Positions 26,289 through 35,704 of a DNA stretch of 55,116 bases are shown piece by piece. Under the pieces are notes generated by a model that made no database searches, was not told the origin of the DNA, and saw only the letters and a program-made list of their open reading frames with translations. This DNA is from a virus. Lineage: Duplodnaviria; Caudoviricetes. The translations under genes and the position numbers were made by a program. Location: the IMG/VR virus record IMGVR_UViG_3300012930_000005, positions 1 to 55,116 of that record. The stretch is one strand, 5' to 3'. Every line of letters begins with the position of its first letter. The first letter of the stretch is position 1.

Positions 26289-28561
26289 TGGCAGAGCAAG
26301 ATCCTTACGCAGCTACGGCAGTACAAGACCCTTATGCGGCGACAGCCGTACAAGCTGCACCGCCTACGAAGAAGCCAGATGAGAAGCCGACAACTCCGGC
26401 TCCGGCACCTGGTCTGATCGCTCGCGGATGGGCAGCTCTGAATAGACCGATTGGTGAGCACTCCAAGAGCTACCAGACTGAAGAAGAGAAGCTCGGCAAA
26501 CTGACGAAGCCTACAACGACCCTTGCCGAGGCTGAAGAGCGCGGCAAGCACCCCATCAGTTCAGCAGTGAAGAGCTTTATCGCTGGTATGGAGCAAGATC
26601 TAGGCAGCGTGTTGACTCCTGCTTTTGTAGCCACGGGGCTAGCCGGTCCGGCCGCAGAAGCCGTTACAGCGTTCGCACCAGAAGCAGCGGCCGCCGTAGC
26701 CGGTACTAAAGCCTTCCGTGCTGGCTCCAGGGTAGCCAAGGCAGCGATTCCGACCGCAATGGTAGGCCAGGGGGGTTCCCAGGCGGTAGAAGGCGTCACA
26801 GCGAAGGATATGACGCCAGAGGAGCGTATCAAGGCAGTCGGTGGTGGCCTTGCATCTATCGTCGGTGGAGCTGCAGGGATGGGAGACGCGGCCAAGACCG
26901 GCAGAGAGCGCTTGTTGGAACTTGGACAGAAGCTCACCGGAACCGGCCCAAGCCTGACAAGAGAGAAGGTTGGTGGAGCTGCTGAAAAGGCTCAGGCAGT
27001 AGCGGAAGCTCGTCCAGAGGTCATAAAGGACTGGGCGAAGGAAGTTATCAAAGCGAAGAAGTCTAACGTCGAAACTGGGACTAAGAACAAGCAAGGCATC
27101 GTTCCAGAGCAGAATATGCAAGATCGTAAGGCGGCTCTTCAGGCGGGACACGAAGCTCTAGCCACCACGGTAGGAGAGCAGATCAAAGCTCTCGATAAGA
27201 GCGTACGCGGAGAAGCGAATGGTAAATACGCTACGGTGCGTGCGAAGATCGGCGATGCGTCTGCACAGCCCGAAGTAATGGCCGATTATGTAAGAAAAGC
27301 CTCGGCCAAGCTCAAGGGTTCAGAAGAGAACATCAAAGTCTTCCGAGACATCCTACGCAGGGTTCCCGAGGGAGAGCAGTACGTTGTTTCTGGAGGGTCC
27401 AAGTTTGGACCTGGTTCAGCGCCATTCGAAGCGGTTCTCAAGTCAGAAGGACCGAACTCTCCTGCGATTGAAGGTGGGTCGGCCGATGCTGGACCAATGC
27501 CGTTCGGTGATCTTCAGGGATATTACACAGAGCTTGGCGAGGAGATGGCGAAAGGCACTCTTCCAGGGGATGTCTACCAGGCTATAAAGAGCTTGCGCGA
27601 CGACATCGGTAAAGAGATGCACACCATAGCGAAGTCTAACGGTGCAGATAAAGATCTGAAAGAAGCCCAGAGCTTCTATCACGACTACATGGATACCTTC
27701 CATGAACCAGCGGGACCGAGCGGTTCAGGTTCTCCAGTAGCTCAGGCTCTCCGTGCGAAAGATCCAGCACAGTTCGCCAAGCCGTTCTCAGGCGATGCTG
27801 GTAACAGAGGTATCGAATCTCTCGCCAGGTACTCACCGGAGCTTGCAGAGAAGACAAACAATCTGCGGAGAATCGGTAGAGAGATAGACTCCATCGGGGC
27901 TCCAACCAAGCCGAAGGCAATCCCAGAGAAGCCGGAACAGGCTAAGGCTCCTGTAGTGGATGTCCAGGCTGAGAAGACAAAGCAGATCGAGAAGATGGCG
28001 AAGCAGTGGGGAACATTCAATGCCAGAGACATCGGCATCCTGTCCTCATCGATCATTGCTCGTCCACTCCTACGCTTGCTCGGAGGTGGTGCTGGATTCG
28101 GCGAAGCGATTGCAGGAGCCGCAGCCTCTTACGAAGGCGGAAAGCTGGCGGCGTCGAAGGTTCTCGAAAAGCCAGCGATTATCAAGTTCCTGTCTCAGCC
28201 GACAGCAGCGGACATGCGGGTTATCGAGAAAATACCAGGTGCAGATCGCGTAAAGATCATCAACGGCTTTACGGATGCGGCGGTAGAGTCTGGACATTCT
28301 GGACGTAAGGTGAAGCTTTCACCGGCTATTTCGCGGTTCCTAGGCGTAGCGAATGTAGCCAAGATCCTAGCGGCCAACAACTCACCGGCTATCCAGGGTA
28401 ACGGTCCGAAGAAAGATCGTCAGGCTCTTATCAACTCTGCAGGGCAGACCGCAGGACAACCGGCTAGCACGCAACAGCAGGGAGAGACGCCAGCTCCCGT
28501 AAATCAACCACCGGCCGATGAAGACGAAGAGATTACTACCGAGGGTGACATCCCACAGTGA
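26288..28561 (+). CDS. Ejection protein 3 (large)
   Basis: 757 aa Ala/Gly-rich with TM-like segments; N-terminal QDPYAATAV repeated twice. Confidence 0.62.
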   Translation: MAEQDPYAATAVQDPYAATAVQAAPPTKKPDEKPTTPAPAPGLIARGWAALNRPIGEHSKSYQTEEEKLGKLTKPTTTLAEAEERGKHPISSAVKSFIAGMEQDLGSVLTPAFVATGLAGPAAEAVTAFAPEAAAAVAGTKAFRAGSRVAKAAIPTAMVGQGGSQAVEGVTAKDMTPEERIKAVGGGLASIVGGAAGMGDAAKTGRERLLELGQKLTGTGPSLTREKVGGAAEKAQAVAEARPEVIKDWAKEVIKAKKSNVETGTKNKQGIVPEQNMQDRKAALQAGHEALATTVGEQIKALDKSVRGEANGKYATVRAKIGDASAQPEVMADYVRKASAKLKGSEENIKVFRDILRRVPEGEQYVVSGGSKFGPGSAPFEAVLKSEGPNSPAIEGGSADAGPMPFGDLQGYYTELGEEMAKGTLPGDVYQAIKSLRDDIGKEMHTIAKSNGADKDLKEAQSFYHDYMDTFHEPAGPSGSGSPVAQALRAKDPAQFAKPFSGDAGNRGIESLARYSPELAEKTNNLRRIGREIDSIGAPTKPKAIPEKPEQAKAPVVDVQAEKTKQIEKMAKQWGTFNARDIGILSSSIIARPLLRLLGGGAGFGEAIAGAAASYEGGKLAASKVLEKPAIIKFLSQPTAADMRVIEKIPGADRVKIINGFTDAAVESGHSGRKVKLSPAISRFLGVANVAKILAANNSPAIQGNGPKKDRQALINSAGQTAGQPASTQQQGETPAPVNQPPADEDEEITTEGDIPQ

Positions 28562-29499
28562 GTACCGCCAATATCCTCACAGACTACGAGACATGCGAAC
28601 GTAAAGGCACATGGTCGTTGGATTGGGAGTCTATCAAGCTCCATCCGACCGAGATGCTCTATCGAGCGCAGCGCTCGGGCCTGATGCAGGATGAGCGAGA
28701 AGACGCTGCTGAATACGCTGGCGAACAGGTCATAGGCATGGCCGCAGAGCGTGGACCCGATACGAAGGTTCACAACGTCTACGACTCCATGATGTCTCAT
28801 GCGTGTCTCGCAGACATCCTTACAGCGCATCTCAGGAAAGACGGAGAGGCTCCCTGGAGGCTTCCAGGCACCACGATGATAGGAAACCACGTCTGGGAGC
28901 CAGAAGCGTTCCTGAGGGGCAACCGGCTCACAAGGATCATCATGGTAGACCACTGGTCAGATGACCGGCATCTATCGGAGTATCGCTCATGGAAGACCTT
29001 AGGAGAGGTCGTGGCTTACCAGATGCCCATGATCGAGATAGTGATGGTGCTTGGCGCTAGTCGAGGCGGTAAGCGGCATTCACCCTGGACTAAGGGACTT
29101 CTTCATCCGAAGAATCGAAAGCTCAGGTTCCGCAAGAAAGAGGCCAAGAGCATTAGCGGCTTCACTGGAAGCTGGATACCGGTATGGAGAGAAGAGCGTC
29201 AAGAGATAAGCAGGGAGAGATGGCTTGAGGCGTTGGAAGAAGACGACGTGCTGAGAGACATCTGCTTTGCAGTGGACATCCCTGTACCGTCGCCGGAGAT
29301 GCAGAAGAGAGTCAAGGACATTGCAGAGCGCACCCTGGACAAGCTTATGAGCAGTACCGAGCTTGCAGAGTCTAAGCTATCGGTATGTGACTCCCCGCGA
29401 CCATGCCAGTTTCACTTTTGCTGCCACGGGAAGACACCAAGCGTTCCAGACCAAGACAACTTCGTCTATCTCAGTACGGACCTTCACCGTCGCTCATAA
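28558..29499 (+). CDS. Cas4/AddB-like PD-(D/E)XK-fold protein with Fe-S staple cysteines
   Basis: N-terminal YETCERK and C-terminal CDSPRPCQFHFCC; GTGA overlap. Confidence 0.55.
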   Translation: MSTANILTDYETCERKGTWSLDWESIKLHPTEMLYRAQRSGLMQDEREDAAEYAGEQVIGMAAERGPDTKVHNVYDSMMSHACLADILTAHLRKDGEAPWRLPGTTMIGNHVWEPEAFLRGNRLTRIIMVDHWSDDRHLSEYRSWKTLGEVVAYQMPMIEIVMVLGASRGGKRHSPWTKGLLHPKNRKLRFRKKEAKSISGFTGSWIPVWREERQEISRERWLEALEEDDVLRDICFAVDIPVPSPEMQKRVKDIAERTLDKLMSSTELAESKLSVCDSPRPCQFHFCCHGKTPSVPDQDNFVYLSTDLHRRS

Positions 29500-29908
29500 C
29501 GATGTTTCGCAGCATCTCAACCTCACTCTTCTTCATTGGAGGAGGTACCGGCTGTGGTACATTCACCGGCATATGCATGGGATTCGGAGCTGTGATCCTG
29601 CGTAGCTCGGCTTCTGCAGAGCCATCCTCAAGCATATTTTGGACAACGGCCTGTGGTTGTCTTGGTACGGCGCTAGGAGACGGATTCAGGGCTTGCTTAC
29701 GAGGGTTGAGCTGTTCCTTCAAAGCGGTGACGGTGCGCTCTAACGATGGTATCTCCACTTCCAAGTGAGCAAGCTTGTTGTAGCAGAGCGTGCGCTCATC
29801 GATAGCCATCTCAAGACGCTTACAGGCCGCATCGAGTGCATGGCGGAATGGATCTGAGGGACGTTCTTTGGTAGCGATAGTGGCGGGAATCTTCTTAGCG
29901 CGTGGCAT
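29471..29908 (-). CDS. Hypothetical coiled-coil protein
   Basis: Start MPRAKK with RBS gaggt; divergent from the RHH gene. Confidence 0.7.
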   Translation of the reverse strand: MPRAKKIPATIATKERPSDPFRHALDAACKRLEMAIDERTLCYNKLAHLEVEIPSLERTVTALKEQLNPRKQALNPSPSAVPRQPQAVVQNMLEDGSAEAELRRITAPNPMHMPVNVPQPVPPPMKKSEVEMLRNIVMSDGEGPY

Positions 29909-29972
29909 GTATGACCTCAATAAATAAAATACCATATTGTGCCGTTTGGAACCTTGTGGTACAAATTGGGTC

Positions 29973-30158
29973 ATGGCAAATAAGACAAAACCTGGCTCAC
30001 CCGCAAAGAGGCAGGAGCTGGATAAAATATCGATCCACCTCCACAAACCACAGTATGAGTTCTTCGCTAAACAAGCGCTCGAAGAGAGACGTAAGATCAA
30101 ACATCTCGCCGAGCTTGTCATCACCCAGTGGATAGAAGGGAAAGGTTTCAAGGCATGA
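29973..30158 (+). CDS. Ribbon-helix-helix (Arc-like) regulator
   Basis: KISIHLHKPQYEFFAKQALEERRKIKHLAELVITQW; no RBS, likely leaderless. Confidence 0.65.
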   Translation: MANKTKPGSPAKRQELDKISIHLHKPQYEFFAKQALEERRKIKHLAELVITQWIEGKGFKA

Positions 30159-31117
30159 GCGAAATAATGAAGTACGGACAGACGATTGCTCTAACAGAGT
30201 GGCGTGATCCAGAAGCACACCTGGCAGAAGCACAGCAAGCGGCCGCAGCTCTGGGACGTGTGATTGCGATGAAGCCCAAGCCTGTCATCTTCAATGGTGA
30301 GCAATATCTGGAACTGGAAGACTGGCAAACAGTCGGTAAGTTCTACGGGTTCACGGCGAAGGTTGAGTCTACCAACCACGTTGAGTACGGTGGCGTGACT
30401 GGATGGGAAGCAACGGCTGTTGTGATCGACAAGCACGGTACCGAAGTAGGACGTGCGGAGTCGATGTGCATGACAGACGAAAAGAACTGGGGTGCGGTTC
30501 CTGTGTACGAATGGCAGGACGTGCTCGACAAGAACGGGAAGAAGATATGGGACGAATCCAAAAAGCGTTACAAGTCCAACAAGGTTCAGACCGGAACAGA
30601 GCCCAAACCAACCTTTCAGCTTCGCTCTATGGCTCAGACCCGTGCGTGTGCCAAGGCTTTCCGCCAAGTGCTCTCATGGGTAGTTGTGTTGGGTGGGTTC
30701 AAGCCAAACGTAGCAGAGGAGCTTATCGATTCGCAGATGGAAGAGAAGAAAGAGCAGCCAACACAGACAGGACCGGCACCACAGATCGGTCGCAAGAGCG
30801 AGAAGTCTTCAAACGAAGTGGTACCAGAAGGCGGACAGCAACAACAGAAAGGGCATTCGGAAGGTGATCCAGATCCGAAGCTACTCGCGTGGAAAGAGAA
30901 CAACGAACACGACGAGAAGATCCACATCAGCTATCCACAGAGCAAGCTGTTGTTCGTGGTGATGAAGAAGACCAACGTGAACGAAGAGGCGATGAAGGCG
31001 ATTCTTAAAGCCAGCTACAACGTTGAGCACTTCAACAACATCCTGAAGAAGGACTTCAACGGGATACTCGACGGTCTAGATCCAGAGATGGAGTTCCACA
31101 AGCCGCTAGAGAAGTAA
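30155..31117 (+). CDS. Single-strand annealing recombinase (Rad52/Sak-superfamily-like)
   Basis: GEQYLELEDWQ, SMAQTRACAKAFR, AEE motifs; ATGA overlap. Confidence 0.7.
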   Translation: MSEIMKYGQTIALTEWRDPEAHLAEAQQAAAALGRVIAMKPKPVIFNGEQYLELEDWQTVGKFYGFTAKVESTNHVEYGGVTGWEATAVVIDKHGTEVGRAESMCMTDEKNWGAVPVYEWQDVLDKNGKKIWDESKKRYKSNKVQTGTEPKPTFQLRSMAQTRACAKAFRQVLSWVVVLGGFKPNVAEELIDSQMEEKKEQPTQTGPAPQIGRKSEKSSNEVVPEGGQQQQKGHSEGDPDPKLLAWKENNEHDEKIHISYPQSKLLFVVMKKTNVNEEAMKAILKASYNVEHFNNILKKDFNGILDGLDPEMEFHKPLEK

Positions 31118-31126
31118 GGAGTCTTT

Positions 31127-31360
31127 ATGCCGAGATGGTTCTGGTTGTGGGCTCATGATCGAGCGGAGGATCTATGGCATTGGATCTGGAAGAAGAAGCT
31201 CGAACCCGAGTTCCTGAAAAGCATGAAGAAGGTAGCAGAAGATCATCACAACACGATCTACTCCTATCAAAACAAAAACAGTCGAACGGGCTTACTTTCC
31301 GACCCATCACCGTTCATACCATTCGAAGAGGAGAAACAGAGTGATCAAAGTCACGATTGA
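31127..31360 (+). CDS. Hypothetical protein
   Basis: RBS aagga. Confidence 0.6.
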   Translation: MPRWFWLWAHDRAEDLWHWIWKKKLEPEFLKSMKKVAEDHHNTIYSYQNKNSRTGLLSDPSPFIPFEEEKQSDQSHD

Positions 31361-31643
31361 GAAAGTCACCAAAACGAAGTACACAAAGAATACGAACTAC
31401 ATCTCCAAGTCAACGCCAACCGATATCTGCGAGAAGGATGCATACAGCGGCGGGAGCACGAAGGTGAAGTGCGAAGAGGAGTACGTCGTACTTCCCGAAG
31501 AGATGGAGCGAACAGAAACCCTCAAGCTCTATGAGCAGGTGATCGAGGATGATGAGTTGTTCGACATCACACGTGTCATCTCTGCAGTGAACGAAGCGCC
31601 TTGGACAGACGAGATGCATCGGAGAGGGGTGGAAGGTGATTGA
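31341..31643 (+). CDS. Hypothetical protein
   Basis: GTG start, RBS gaggag. Confidence 0.65.
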   Translation: MIKVTIEKVTKTKYTKNTNYISKSTPTDICEKDAYSGGSTKVKCEEEYVVLPEEMERTETLKLYEQVIEDDELFDITRVISAVNEAPWTDEMHRRGVEGD

Positions 31644-32301
31644 GGTTCTAACCGAAGCCGATGGTGTACGTCTCGTCGAAACGGCGACGGAGCACCAGTA
31701 CTACCTCAACGATAAGAAGATTCCTGGTTGCACGTCGATTATCCAGGGATGCGGAATATCGGACTTGAGCGGGATACCGCGCTTCATCCTCGACAAGAAG
31801 AGCGCTCTCGGTAATGCAGTTCATGAGTACACACACTGGTGGGACGAGAACGACTTGGATCTGAACGACCTCAAGCCGTTCCCGGATTACTACAACCGTA
31901 CTCTGGGATGGACACAGTTCCGAGAGGACTGGAACTATAAGCCACACGCGACTGAAATTGTGCTGGCGATACGAGTCAATGGTATGACCTTCGGAGTGAA
32001 GCCGGACAGCTTAGGTACCGGCAACTTCGGAACAAATGGCGAGCCCTGGTTAGCTACGGTTGAGAAGAAGTGCACGGTTGATATCGAACCGGCGCACGAG
32101 ATTCAAACTGCAGCTCAGGCACTCGCGTTGAAGGCAGACTGTCCGATTCCAGCACGCATCATCGTGCAGCTACTACCGGAGCCGGACAAGCTTGGAAAGT
32201 ACTACCACATGCAGGAGTGCAAGGAACCTTCAGACGAACGAGTCTTCCTCTCTGCACTCGCTATCGAGACGTACAAACGCAACAGAAAAATCATAAGGTG
32301 A
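31636..32301 (+). CDS. PD-(D/E)XK exonuclease, partner of the SSAP
   Basis: HQY...PGCTSII, GNAVH, GVKPD...VEKK, QTAA motifs. Confidence 0.75.
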   Translation: MIEVLTEADGVRLVETATEHQYYLNDKKIPGCTSIIQGCGISDLSGIPRFILDKKSALGNAVHEYTHWWDENDLDLNDLKPFPDYYNRTLGWTQFREDWNYKPHATEIVLAIRVNGMTFGVKPDSLGTGNFGTNGEPWLATVEKKCTVDIEPAHEIQTAAQALALKADCPIPARIIVQLLPEPDKLGKYYHMQECKEPSDERVFLSALAIETYKRNRKIIR

Positions 32302-32302
32302 G

Positions 32303-32608
32303 GTGAGGAGCATGGAAGAGATAGAGCTTACGTTTTACGCAGAAAAGAGGGCGGATGGTTGGTATGTCCGCATGGCGGGTCAGGGCATTCCTGATCGATT
32401 CGAAGGTCCGATGCGTAGCAGAGAAGTTGCGATGAAGCATATCGATCTTTTCCTCGCTCTCAACTTCAACAAGGTTGATCCGAACGAATCAGCCGAGCCC
32501 ATCATCATCGTCAGGAAGGCTCCTGCAGTTGAGGTTTTCGTAAACATCCTCATGAACATGCGCTCAAGGATGCCCTCTACTCCGATAGACAGAAGCACCG
32601 CCAACTAA
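32303..32608 (+). CDS. Hypothetical protein
   Basis: ORF in operon; start may be the ATG at 32312. Confidence 0.6.
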   Translation: MRSMEEIELTFYAEKRADGWYVRMAGQGIPDRFEGPMRSREVAMKHIDLFLALNFNKVDPNESAEPIIIVRKAPAVEVFVNILMNMRSRMPSTPIDRSTAN

Positions 32609-32619
32609 GAAAGGAACAC

Positions 32620-33330
32620 ATGCCGCCGAAGAAGACCGCCACGGTCGTAGTGAAGGAACCGGAAACCGCCATCATCGTCACACAAACCTCAACGCTCGAA
32701 GAGCAAGCCGCCGCCATCGTTGTAAGCGATAAGAAGTCAGCAGACAAAGCAGCCGAGCTACGCTCTTCTGCCAAGACTCTACTCGCCCAGGTGAACGACA
32801 CCTTCGACCCTTCTATCGGAGATGCGTTCAAGCTTCATCGCGGGTTGATAGCAACGAAGAAGAAGTTCGCTACGCCTATCGAGGAGGTCATCTCTGGACT
32901 CGGCTTTAGACTGAGTCGTTACGCTAACGAGCAAGAGGCGCTACGCCTAGCAGAACAGCGCAAGCTGCAGGAACAGGCACGCAGAGACCAGGAAGAGGCA
33001 GCGCTCGCTCAGGCGGCTCTGTACCAGCAGCAAGGCAACGAAGAGGCAGCGGAAGAGGTAATGCGTGATGCCATCGAATCGGACGCTCCTACGGTCATTG
33101 TGCCGAGAGAGAAGATCGAGGGTGTATCGTTCCGCAAGGTAGTGAAGTGGGAGATTACGGATATCACGAAGATTCCTCTCAACTTCCTGCAGATCGCACG
33201 GAACCCTTCTAACGGATTGAACCAAGAGATTAGCACCAGCGGGTTAGGTGCTTACATACGGTCGCAGGGAGTATCTGCGATGAAAGTCATCCAGGGCGTT
33301 CGCGTCTGGGAAGATTCCACTACCGTCTAA
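32620..33330 (+). CDS. Coiled-coil protein of the recombination module
   Basis: Long helical region; KIEGVSFRKVVKWEITDITKIP...IQGVRVWE motif common in phage recombination modules. Confidence 0.65.
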   Translation: MPPKKTATVVVKEPETAIIVTQTSTLEEQAAAIVVSDKKSADKAAELRSSAKTLLAQVNDTFDPSIGDAFKLHRGLIATKKKFATPIEEVISGLGFRLSRYANEQEALRLAEQRKLQEQARRDQEEAALAQAALYQQQGNEEAAEEVMRDAIESDAPTVIVPREKIEGVSFRKVVKWEITDITKIPLNFLQIARNPSNGLNQEISTSGLGAYIRSQGVSAMKVIQGVRVWEDSTTV

Positions 33331-33373
33331 CCGCAACGTCCAATCTCGGACATAACCAGAAAGAGAGACACAC

Positions 33374-33619
33374 ATGGCAGAAGTAGAAGCAGTAAACGGC
33401 TTACATCCTGATGTAGCAGAGAAGCTTCGTCAGCAAGAGATGCAGGAGCAGGTCGCAGCTCAAGCGGCACCCGCACCACCTGACCATAAGGAACAGCTCA
33501 TGGGTCGTCGTGCGGACTACATCAACCGTATCGCCAACATCGATCACCTGATCGAACTGTACGAAGCCAACCCCATCATCGGCGAGTTCCTGGTTTACTC
33601 ACAGACGAACGCGATCTAA
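33374..33619 (+). CDS. Hypothetical protein
   Basis: 81 aa; conserved leader shared with the next gene. Confidence 0.7.
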   Translation: MAEVEAVNGLHPDVAEKLRQQEMQEQVAAQAAPAPPDHKEQLMGRRADYINRIANIDHLIELYEANPIIGEFLVYSQTNAI

Positions 33620-33654
33620 CCACAACGCCTCACAGCCGTGAAAGAGAGTTACAC

Positions 33655-33981
33655 ATGAATGAGTTTGTAAAAGAAAAGTTGGATCAGATGAAGGCGAACG
33701 CCGAAGCTGCAAAGTCGCAAGGCGCGGTTGGTTCCTTGTACGAGAACGCGGCGATGGAGCCAGTACCAGGTCCAGACTGGACGCAGGAACAATGCGATTA
33801 CCCGGTACAGCTCAGAGAAGCACGTGTTCCCTTACGCGAGAAGCTACAAAAGGATCTGCGACGTACGGGAGAAAGTTACGACCGTAGGAAGCGTATGCTC
33901 ATGATCCTCGACGCGCATCCTGAGTTCGAGTTGTTCCTGGAACTTCAGGATCTAATGAACCACAACGAGTACCCGTTCTAA
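33655..33981 (+). CDS. Hypothetical protein, possible paralog of 33374
   Basis: 108 aa; similar C-terminal helix. Confidence 0.7.
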   Translation: MNEFVKEKLDQMKANAEAAKSQGAVGSLYENAAMEPVPGPDWTQEQCDYPVQLREARVPLREKLQKDLRRTGESYDRRKRMLMILDAHPEFELFLELQDLMNHNEYPF

Positions 33982-34002
33982 ACCGAAAGGAAGTACCGCC
34001 GC

Positions 34003-34551
34003 ATGGCCGAATCATTCGTAAGCAAACGCATCAGAGTAACACTCCACGGCGCAGATCTTCTCCGTATCAGAGACGAGAAACGCCACCACTTTCGGATGTC
34101 AATCAACCTTAGCGAAGACGGTATGCTTGCCGGGTTTGCTGAGTGGGTTCAGAACAACTATTCACACATGCAGAAGTCGATCAACTCCGCTGATAAGACC
34201 AAGTTAGCGAAGAAGCTTGAGAGTATGTCTTTGGGTTTCTGGGCCACTGAGAAGATAAGAAGCAAGTTCTTTTCTCAGGTGAACGAAGCTACATTGACCG
34301 GCTTCCGTATGGAACGGCACGGAGACGGCGACGAAGCCCAGGTTTTCCTGTACTTTAGCGCGTACTTCCCAGGCAGAGAAGAGATTCATGCTTGGACGTG
34401 GGATCACAAGACGATGGACTTCTGGATGGACTTCGAACAGCAACAGCGTGATCTGGATCTGGAAGAGACGAATGACTTCGATTCGGAACAATCAGACAAT
34501 GATCGCGGTGAAGATGACGATGAAGAAGTTGACGAAGAAGACGAAGAGTAG
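34003..34551 (+). CDS. Hypothetical protein with long acidic tail
   Basis: 182 aa; RBS aaagga; D/E-rich C-terminus. Confidence 0.7.
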   Translation: MAESFVSKRIRVTLHGADLLRIRDEKRHHFRMSINLSEDGMLAGFAEWVQNNYSHMQKSINSADKTKLAKKLESMSLGFWATEKIRSKFFSQVNEATLTGFRMERHGDGDEAQVFLYFSAYFPGREEIHAWTWDHKTMDFWMDFEQQQRDLDLEETNDFDSEQSDNDRGEDDDEEVDEEDEE

Positions 34552-34595
34552 TGTAACCTAGGTGGTATCAGATCGCTGGCGCGTGATGATATCAG

Positions 34596-34667
34596 CTCTC
34601 AGGTAGCTCCTGAGAGTAGGTGGGGGGAGTTCTCAGGCTCCCCCTTACCGCCTTACCTGAGAGAGGA
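34596..34667 (+). promoter_or_regulatory. Structured leader of the replication initiator with alternative pairings
   Basis: Two TCTCAGG and two CCTGAGA elements, one overlapping the RBS. Confidence 0.55.
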
Positions 34668-34671
34668 ATGA

Positions 34672-35559
34672 ATGAAGCTCATCCAGATAATCGACCGACC
34701 AATTGCCTTTCAAAGATCATTCGTCTACATGACGAAGAGCATAAACGCAGCTCTGATGCTATCCCAGGCCGTGTACTGGTCTAACAGAACCACGCTCTCT
34801 GACGGTTGGTTTTACAAGGTACGCGATGAGTGGGAAAACGAGACAGGACTCACCCGCACAGAGCAAGAGACTGCCCGTAAAATACTTCGGAATCTAGGGA
34901 TACTGGAAGAGAATCTCCGTGGTGTTCCGGCTAAGATGCACTATCGAATCAACGAAGACAACCTGCGGACTTGCTTGCTGGAAACCAGCCGTACAGTTGG
35001 CGGGAAACCTGCCGACAGTGATGTAGGAAACCTGCCAACATATATAGGAACAGAGACTACTACAGAGACTACAGCAGAGAGCACAACTAAGGCGCTTTCT
35101 ACGAAAGCTGTATCGAAGTTCCGTCTCCCTGATTGGATTGATTCCGAGAGATGGAACGACTATGAGGACATGCGGAAGAAGTTGAAGAAGCCTATGACGG
35201 ACAAGGCTCGCTCTCTCGCGGTCGGCAAGCTGGTGGAACTAGAGGTACAGGGCTCGCCGCACGAAGCAGTTCTAGAGCAATCAATCATGAACTCATGGCA
35301 AGGTCTGTTCCCTGTTAGGGACGAAGGAGGAGCACGTGGAACTTCAAAGGCACAACAGCGGACCACTGGAATGGTCAACGCCGGAAGAGAGGTTATCGCC
35401 GGAATATCTCAAATGGATCGTAACGGAGCTTACGCGAATCGGAGTGATGGTGGGACAGGAGGTGAGCAAGGAGCGCCTACTCTTGACGGCAGAGTGCATA
35501 CGCGACAACGGAGTCGAGCGCTTACGGATGGAGAAAGCATTCCTGAAAGCTCAGACTGA
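34672..35559 (+). CDS. Replication initiator (lambda O-like organisation)
   Basis: N-terminal wHTH (AALMLSQAVYW...GWFYK...WENETGL), internal iterons, TETTTET linker, LEQSIMNSWQGLF domain. Confidence 0.82.
   Translation: MKLIQIIDRPIAFQRSFVYMTKSINAALMLSQAVYWSNRTTLSDGWFYKVRDEWENETGLTRTEQETARKILRNLGILEENLRGVPAKMHYRINEDNLRTCLLETSRTVGGKPADSDVGNLPTYIGTETTTETTAESTTKALSTKAVSKFRLPDWIDSERWNDYEDMRKKLKKPMTDKARSLAVGKLVELEVQGSPHEAVLEQSIMNSWQGLFPVRDEGGARGTSKAQQRTTGMVNAGREVIAGISQMDRNGAYANRSDGGTGGEQGAPTLDGRVHTRQRSRALTDGESIPESSD
34980..35082 (+). repeat. Putative replication origin: three iterons plus AT-rich/ACAGAGACTA repeats
   Basis: GGAAACC(A/T)GCC at 34980, 35003 and 35026 (23-bp period), then tatata and ACAGAGACTA twice. 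Confidence 0.7.
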
Positions 35560-35704
35560 GTGCACATTCTTTCCCTGCCCTGTAGATGTGCTCAAGCACA
35601 TAGATCGAAGCTGGCAAGCTGCACCGAAGCAACCAAAGATTGAAGAGAAGGAAGAGCGATGGATTCCGCCAACGTGGTACACGGAGAAGTTCGGGACAGA
35701 ATAG
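35336..35704 (+). CDS. Putative helicase loader
   Basis: GTG start with strong RBS aaggagg; CTFFPCPVDV motif; between initiator and DnaB. Confidence 0.6.
   Translation: MELQRHNSGPLEWSTPEERLSPEYLKWIVTELTRIGVMVGQEVSKERLLLTAECIRDNGVERLRMEKAFLKAQTECTFFPCPVDVLKHIDRSWQAAPKQPKIEEKEERWIPPTWYTEKFGTE

Noticed and set aside
26297-26353. QDPYAATAV tandem repeat as a special system
   Set aside because: Short N-terminal DP(Y/F) repeats are common in podoviral ejection proteins
28558-29499. CRISPR-Cas locus suggested by the Cas4-like gene
   Set aside because: No repeat-spacer array or other cas genes seen anywhere in the window
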